Part shown: piece after piece, positions 35,076-42,209 of the stretch
Layout of the letters: the number at the start of each line of letters is the position of its first letter
Position numbering within the stretch: position 1 is the first letter of the stretch
Assembly (NCBI GenBank): GCA_008632985.1
Contig: QPGO01000233.1
Coordinates: forward strand, 62,001-104,209
DNA length: 42,209 bases
Reading direction: 5' to 3'
From: Psammoneis japonica
Taxonomy: Eukaryota
Notes under the pieces: model-generated
The model's database searches: none
What the model was told of the DNA's origin: nothing
What the model saw: the letters and a program-made list of their open reading frames with translations, nothing else
Program-made: the position numbers and the translations under genes

Positions 35076-36474
35076 AGCAAATGGCACTGCTGTGAACTTG
35101 ATGGTTTGTGCACCCCTTCAAGAGGCAATTGCCTTGGCAGAACAATCCAAAGCAGGTCCAATCTCTGCATTTCCAATGGATGCAACAGTGACGCTGAGCA
35201 ATTCACCAGATTTGCACCACTCTCCATGGGCACAGGAGCTGCTTTGAAAGGGGCCATGCCAGTTTTGATAATTCTTTTGCCAGTCTTCTCCACTTGCTGG
35301 GTGGCATTGGCATTGATGGCCATTGTTTGTTTGTCCAGCTTGCTGTCCAAAAGGGTGGCCATTCGATCTTCCGCCGACTGCTTGGCTTTTCATGCCGCAT
35401 TTGATGCCTCCAACTGTGCTTGCAACTCAAGCATTTTTTCATTGTTCCTTTCTTTGCCTTGTCAGCAGCAATCTTGGCTTTTGATGTTGCATTTGATGCC
35501 TCCAGCTGTGCTCACAACTCTGCAATCTCTTGTTGTTGTTGTTCCAGCTTTGCATTTTGCTCCTTCATTTTTTGATCTTTTTCATTTGATCCAAGCGCAG
35601 GTCATCAACAAGATCTTTTGTAAAACTGGTTTTGTCTTTGATCACACTGACTTGGATTTGTCATGCAGCTGCATCATCAGCTGCTGCCATGACCTTGCTT
35701 TCTTCCATGTGAGCCCAATGATCTGCAGACACAAAAAAGGACCATGCATCATGCTGGGGGGTGGCGGTCCACGATGGCCACCTTCGAGTTCCCCTTTGAC
35801 ATCATCTTTGAAAGTTCTGATGGGCACAAGGTGTTGATGGTAGGAGGTGTCACAGCAGACATGGGTGGTGGCTTGCTGCTGTCATTGGCACTGGCAATGT
35901 TGCTGCTGTGCACGGAAGCTGCGGGTGCTTGCAGGGCATGGTCGATCTTCCATTGCATGTGTCTGGACCGTGTGGAAGCAAAGAGCTCACAGATGGGCTT
36001 TGGGCAAGGGACATTGCACAATTCTGAAAGACCATCCTTGATCTCTTGGACAGACCATTCCGTCTTTTGGGGGTTCTTGTGCATGACAGCTGAAATGGCT
36101 TGGTGCGTGTCGCGAGGCTCCAACTCAAACTTGCCCGATGGCTTGCGAATGAAATTTGATCCATCAAAGCTGAAATGATTCTTCTTGACTGATCACAAAC
36201 TCTAACCAATCACTGTTGCATCCTTTGGTCTGAAAGTAGATGGTGTTTTGCTCGACAGATCGAGATCCAGCTTTGGCCAAACAGAAGCGCCAGGCGTCGT
36301 GCATTCGCTGATCTCTCACAACTTGCTGCAATCAACGCATCGACGGTGCGCATGACACATTGCGTGCTGCCAACAGTGGTGACGTCCCTGTCGGGTGCCA
36401 GTTCTGCACGACAAACGCGGCGATCGGAATCCTTCGTCATGGTGGATTTGTTGTTGCTCGTTGTGTTTTTTTTT

Positions 36475-36861
36475 NNNNNNNNNNNNNNNNNNNNNNNNNN
36501 NNNNNNNNNNNNNNNNNNNNNNNNNNNNNNNNNNNNNNNNNNNNNNNNNNNNNNNNNNNNNNNNNNNNNNNNNNNNNNNNNNNNNNNNNNNNNNNNNNNN
36601 NNNNNNNNNNNNNNNNNNNNNNNNNNNNNNNNNNNNNNNNNNNNNNNNNNNNNNNNNNNNNNNNNNNNNNNNNNNNNNNNNNNNNNNNNNNNNNNNNNNN
36701 NNNNNNNNNNNNNNNNNNNNNNNNNNNNNNNNNNNNNNNNNNNNNNNNNNNNNNNNNNNNNNNNNNNNNNNNNNNNNNNNNNNNNNNNNNNNNNNNNNNN
36801 NNNNNNNNNNNNNNNNNNNNNNNNNNNNNNNNNNNNNNNNNNNNNNNNNNNNNNNNNNNNN
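36475..36861. other. Assembly gap (N run)
   Basis: Run of N. Confidence 1.
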
Positions 36862-39800
36862 CAGATCCCAACGATCCGACTTCTCGAAACGGTATTTTTG
36901 CCAATGCCGACTTGGAGGAGGACGAGCTCATCATATCCGTCCCTCCCGAGTGCCTCATTCGTTCTACTCCACCCAAGAAGGACGGTCCTCTGGCTGTGGG
37001 GGACCGAGTCGAAGGAAACTACAGAGACGAAGGCGAATGGTATCCGGCGAGTTGACTGCGGTTCACAGCGACGGAACCTTTGACATTCATTACGATGACG
37101 GCGACAAAGAGGCAAACGTCAAGCCGAATCTCATTCGAGATATTCGACCTGGAGAATACGGGTCCATGGATTGTCTTACGGTCCGCAATCTGATTAAGGA
37201 AATGCGTTTGGCCGATGAGTCGCAGTTTGCACCGTATGTGAACTATCTACTCGAGCAGGAACGAGGACAGTTGCCGAGTGCGTGGTCTGAACCTGCAAAG
37301 AGTCTATATTCTGAAATTTTACAAGGCGGTAAAGGGCAAGTTCTCCCGCCTAGTCATGCGGTTGACTGGATATCCGAGACCTGGCGAAAGGTATGCAACG
37401 GCAGTAAAGATCCGTTTGAAGAAAACGCCGCGTTGCTCGTGGTGCAGCGTGGATGGGACGATATCCTTATTCCTCTATACGACATGATGAATCATCGCAA
37501 CGGACGATGGCTCAATACCAAGAGTAACTCAGTACAAGAAGTCTACGATGGGGCCGACGTAGAGGTCCGTGCGTCTCGAAAAGTACATGCGGGAGAAGAG
37601 TTGTGCACCACCTACAACTTTTGTGAAGACTGCGGCGCAAGGCTCGAAACTTATGGCACTCCGGAGATACTCCGCGACTATGGCTTTGTTGAGCAATATC
37701 CACAGCGCTGGATATTTCACAACCAGCGGCTTGCGTTTGATCTGGACGAGAACGATGCTGGCGAAGTGCAGCTTTGGTGGCTCCAGGAACCCAATGAAAG
37801 GGGAATCCAATTTCTTCGACAACAGTTACAGCGACTTCAGCAGATGGAGGAAACTCAGCTGTCATTAAAGCCTCGTTCAATACCGGCAAATGAATGGGCA
37901 CTCATCAACAAATTTCATCAAGCCATCACGAATGCAATGCGGCATGCCATCAGGGACGTGAACGGGGAAGACGACGCGTGTGCCAGCGGACAAGGCGAAT
38001 GCGCCGTTTTTCTTGCTAGATATGACGATCTAGATTGGCAGGCAGACGATTTAGAATACTCCATGTACACATGTGACACGGACGAGAGTATGGGGTTTCG
38101 TGGGTATGACTCGATCGAGACAATCCATTCACCCTACCAGAAGATACATTTTATCAAAGACCCGAAGAACAACGACGTATGCTTCGATTTGGACGGTACG
38201 TAATCACTATTTTTTTCGAAATTCCTCTTCAATTATATTCGGCAAAGACTGCCCTATTTTACGCTTCTGATTGATTCATTCAACTCAAACTTTTTCTGAC
38301 TCTTTAGACATTGTCCAAATTTGCGGAAGCTATCGCCCGCACTATCACGAAATGGTGGTTCACTACGCCGCACGTTTTCTAAAGGATATTAGACGGGTAG
38401 TTTGGGTTGGTGGAGGTGATTCAATGCTTTTGCACGAAATTATCAAGTACCCGAACCTTGAAAAAGTCATTGGCTTAGAGCTCGACCAAAAGGTAACAAG
38501 GCACAGCTTCAAGCATTTCGGGACACAACCCCATTGGGATAATGACAAGGTCGAGTGGTGGTATGGGGACGCGACCAAGAGCCTTCTCATGCTACCAGAA
38601 GACTATTTTGGCTCGTTTGATATGGTTCTCGTTGATCTGTCCGAGACTGTTAGTACGTATCGAAGCGTGTCGAGTGCCTATTTCTCTCGGACCTTGTATC
38701 AAAATTCACATTCCGACTCTTTCTCCAGTGTCATTCTTGGTAACGGCAGAATTGGATGTCATGGAAGCCCTTTCGCTTCTTTTGAAACCAGAAGGCATCT
38801 TTGTAAAGAATGAGCTGTACTTGGAGAAGCTGAGCAAAATATTTGACTACACTATTCAAATTCACTACTATGACACTCCTGTTATTTGCTCCCAAGCACT
38901 GATAATGGGAAGCAACAAGGTCGATTTTCTTCATCGAAATCTCACGGACCATGGAATAGAGAACCTCTACTTGCCACCGCTTGACTTGAGCAAGGATAGG
39001 TACGAGATCTTCCACGACTACAGAAGGAATCACACGAGTGTTCAAAAGCATTGCAAAGATGTGTTGGACCCGGAGCGAGAACCGGAGGTACAAGACAAGA
39101 GCCCAGGAATTCTCATGATTCTCGAGGCTGAGAATGTCGCTGGAAAGCTTTCTACTCCGAAGGATTTGAAACATTCAGTTGAGCAGGCCCTCAAGAATGC
39201 CGGTCTTTCTGTGAAAACATCTGTATTATCGGATGAGAAGGGTGGCATTATCTTTACTATCCTTAAAGAAGGCTACGTGGTCGCTCGTATGTGGCCGGAG
39301 CATAATTATTGTGCGTTTGATGTCCACTTGTGGAGTCGCTTCAGCCTCCACGACAACGTGAAGAAGGCTCTACTGGATGCCGTTCAAAGTTCTTCTTCAT
39401 CTTCTTTTCGTATCGTTGCGGGAGGCATGTTTAACGTAGACTCATGGCAAGGGGACGTGAAGAGCCGTGGGCCGCGTATTACTCAATTGTGTGACCGTCC
39501 ACCCGCTGTCGCACGAGATGCTGAGTTTGATCAGAAGCAAATCGATGTAGTGCTGGATGAAACCTTGGCCCTTACCCAAGACAGTAGTTGCTTCGTTTCG
39601 GTTCTATGTGGACGGGAGAAGAACGGCTGCAGCAGCTTGGATGTACTTCAGAAGAGTAGCAACGTCGGCGATGTGTTGGCGCTGTGGACATGTTCCGGCT
39701 TGGACAGCAATGAGTATGCCGAAGGAGTATCGAATCAGATGTTTGAGTGCGAAAAGGAGCTTCTTGCTGCAATGAGGGGAGCAGTCGCTGAGAAAGACCA

Positions 39801-40671
39801 GCAAATTCGCTCAATCGTTGTAGACACCGGCGCACCTCGTGCTTCTACTCAGATCCTGCATAGAATCTTTAGCAGCAACTTCAACAGGCACGAACTGTTG
39901 ACCCCGGACGTGTTGATTGTTGCACCAATGGTTAACCCGGACGAAGATTGGCGAAGACACTTTTTGGAGCGTTTCCGGAAAGATATTATTGAATTTGAGC
40001 CTGTGTTTAGGAGCGAAGTCAAGTTCAACACATCAGACAGCAGTCTCGAGCTAGGCCTCACCTCATCGGGCGACACTCATTTCTTTCGACATTTGGTCGA
40101 ATTGACGGAGAGAATTGAAAAGCTGACTGGTCTCGTATCAGAACCCCGCATTGTAGCCGGCGGCTTTTGGACATACCAAGACGACTTTGTGCCGTCTCAA
40201 TTCTTTTTGCCTGGTGACTACGACCAAAGTGGACCGCTTGAACAGTTCACTAAACAGCAGCCATTGGGCCATCAAACCATCTTTCAACTGGAAGACCAGG
40301 GAGACGTTCCCAAAATACGTTGCAGCCAAGTCAAAGAGAATTTGAGTAGAGCGCTCGAAGGAGTGGCATCCGAAGGTACTGCTCGTGTGAAGGTTGATGA
40401 GTTCTCGGACGAGGGGGACGGGTGTGTTCTTCTTTCCATGTGGTCAGGAGGTTGTGCCATTGTAATGTGGGACGGGAATATCCACATTGACATCAACATA
40501 TTCACTTACTCGGAAAGTGTGGATGTTGCCAATAACTTTGCGGATGCCTTCAAGGCAGAGAATCCATCGTTGAAGGTCGTTCTGAGAGATGAACAACCGA
40601 GAGGGTTTGGTCGTGTTGTCAACTTTCTAAAAGATATTGAGCCACGGGCTGATCCTCACTGGGCCACTTAA
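36862..40671 (+). CDS. Putative long-chain polyamine synthase fusion: SET methyltransferase with inserted Tudor domain + aminopropyltransferase + two degenerate AdoMetDC-like domains (5' end missing at the gap; introns 38196-38307 and 38653-38728)
   Basis: GIFANADLEEDELIISVP; Tudor VGDRVEGNY..EGEWYP/..DGTFDIHYDDGD; PLYDMMNHRNG; ELCTTY; ILRDYGF; YHEMVVH, WVGGGDS.LLHEI.KYP, GDA, FDMVLVD; AdoMetDC-like ILKEGYVVARMWPEHNYCAFDV and HIDINIFTY..EQPRG. One frameshift near 37045 (CCGG), probably a sequence error. Confidence 0.88.
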
Positions 40672-40959
40672 AAGATGACCAGTCAGGTAAGCCAGGTCCG
40701 TACTTCTATCTACTGACGCCGCAGGCTACAAACTGTAGGAGTAAGATACTGCACTACTCCTCTGGCTTTAGGGAAGAAAATAGCGCCTTATTCCTAGGAC
40801 GTTGGTACCCGTGCTCCATGCTGCCTAACATTAAAAACGGAACCTCTAGAGTGCAGTACTGTAGAGGGTGCCCGGCAAATTATGAAAGGGAAGTCCATCC
40901 GTCCATGGCTTTTTTCTGTAGTCGGACGAGAGCGCATGTGCAAGCTTTCGAAGAACCCG

Positions 40960-41443
40960 AGAGACTCTTTGATGAAGAGCGACTCGGTGAGATATCGAGT
41001 CGGAACTGCCATGTCAAGGTAGTCTTGGAAGCGATGCTTCAAATACGTGAATCGATTCTGAACAAAGATCCAGTGTGGTATCGACTTCGCAGAGAATGCA
41101 GGTATCGAAGGAGCCGTGGTTCTAGCCAAGATTTAAGCTCTTACGGAAAAAAAAGGGAGTAAGTCGTCTTTGTATCAGGTGGCCCTAGTTCTTGCAGTAT
41201 GGTTGGGGGAGGGATGCTGCTACCCTGGAATACTGCGACTTGATGGAGAGAGGTATCATTGACCCAGTCAAGGTGACTATTAACGCCAATAAAAACTCGG
41301 CAAGTGTGGCTGGATTGGTTCTCACGACCGAATGCCTGGTGACGGAAGTTCCGATTGAGATGAGCGAAGAGGATAAGCAGAGGATGTTTGACCATAACGC
41401 CACGGAGCAGGCTTGGGTCCCGGTATTCCAGGTGCGTAGATAG
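40960..41443 (+). pseudogene. cpn60: Chaperonin Cpn60/GroEL C-terminal fragment
   Basis: [55 protein letters not shown]. Upstream part is frameshifted and the N-terminal bulk of the gene is absent. Confidence 0.75.
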
Positions 41444-42209
41444 CAACTCAATCTGACTAGTTTACTTCCTGGTGTGACTCGTTTACTTCCTGGCGACTGT
41501 TTACATATGTCTCTCACAACGTGGCATTTTTTGTTGTTGTAGACTACTAAATAGCTAAAGCCTCTACTGGTATGTTGTATTATTGCAACCTCTCTCTATG
41601 GTAGAATGGGGATTCTTGCAAGTATATCAAACCGTTTGAAATGCTTGCAGCTAGAAGATGCATTTAAACCCGTCTATTGTCCGAAGTGCAAAATGGGATT
41701 GTAGCATTGCTCGCCAGTCAAGTTGCAGTGTGAGGGATTGTTTCAGGGCTATTTAGGTCGACCCAAAGCGCGTTGATAGCTCAAACGAGGGAGGCAGTAC
41801 TTCGCTACGTCCACCGCATCGCCTCCTTCATTGTATAGCTTCTTTCACCTACGCAGCAAATGGTGCAGCCCTGGACGCAGCCCTCTGCAATTTCGGAAAA
41901 CGATCTGTTTTGTTATTTAAGGAGCCACGAGAAGAAGAGCGAACACGGTAAATGGGCTTGGGGCGGCAGATGTGAGTACTTGTTGAAATCGATGCGCACT
42001 CGAGTCGACTGCTCGCAACGCAGAACCGCTTTTACATGGATTGGAGGGAGCGATTGGGTGGCATTCTCGATTTTCTATCTAGTTTCAAACAAAGTAACCA
42101 CCAAGGCTCAGGGAGTCACGTCATTTGTAGGTGTGTCGCGAGAGGGATGTTTCTCGGGGAACACGTCAACCGGCAAGGGCCAGAGTCGCGCCTGTTGCTT
42201 AAGAACGCA

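Larger units (their letters stand above)
25490..36474. other. TpA-depleted domain 3
   Basis: Only 2 TA counted in 30001-30600. Abrupt onset near 25490. Short TA-retaining patch at about 32730-32940. Runs into the assembly gap. Confidence 0.92.

Noticed and set aside
36210..37115. ORFs spanning the N gap
   Set aside because: Artefacts of translating N. DNA left of the gap is TpA-depleted and unrelated to the gene on the right.
2..40671. A biosilica gene cluster (frustule-like protein, acidic membrane protein, polyamine synthase)
   Set aside because: The genes are about 30 kb apart across a gap and repeat-rich DNA, and two of the three assignments are compositional guesses.

Overview
Eukaryotic nuclear DNA, almost certainly from a diatom (CoDi-type Copia remnants, an aureochrome LOV remnant, a SET/Tudor-aminopropyltransferase-AdoMetDC fusion, short GT-AG introns). 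Apparently functional genes lie at 1-9.4 kb (Cys/PT-rich secreted protein, SET protein, beta-propeller membrane protein, hypothetical protein) and 36.9-40.7 kb (putative long-chain polyamine synthase). A tract of broken genes with normal base composition lies at about 15-25 kb. The most striking signal is three sharply bounded domains (about 2.1-4.15, 9.85-15.25 and 25.5-36.5 kb; roughly 40% of the window) in which the TpA dinucleotide is almost absent. A duplicated segment inside the window, and conserved transposon protein motifs, show that TpA was converted to CpA or TpG (A:T->G:C at TpA), the opposite direction to fungal RIP, with CpG->TpG/CpA decay superimposed to a variable degree. These domains hold transposon remnants, duplicated gene copies and a MITE, which suggests a repeat- or heterochromatin-associated hypermutation process. 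Most short Cys/His-rich, Tyr-free ORFs in the ORF track are by-products of it. All counts are manual and approximate.
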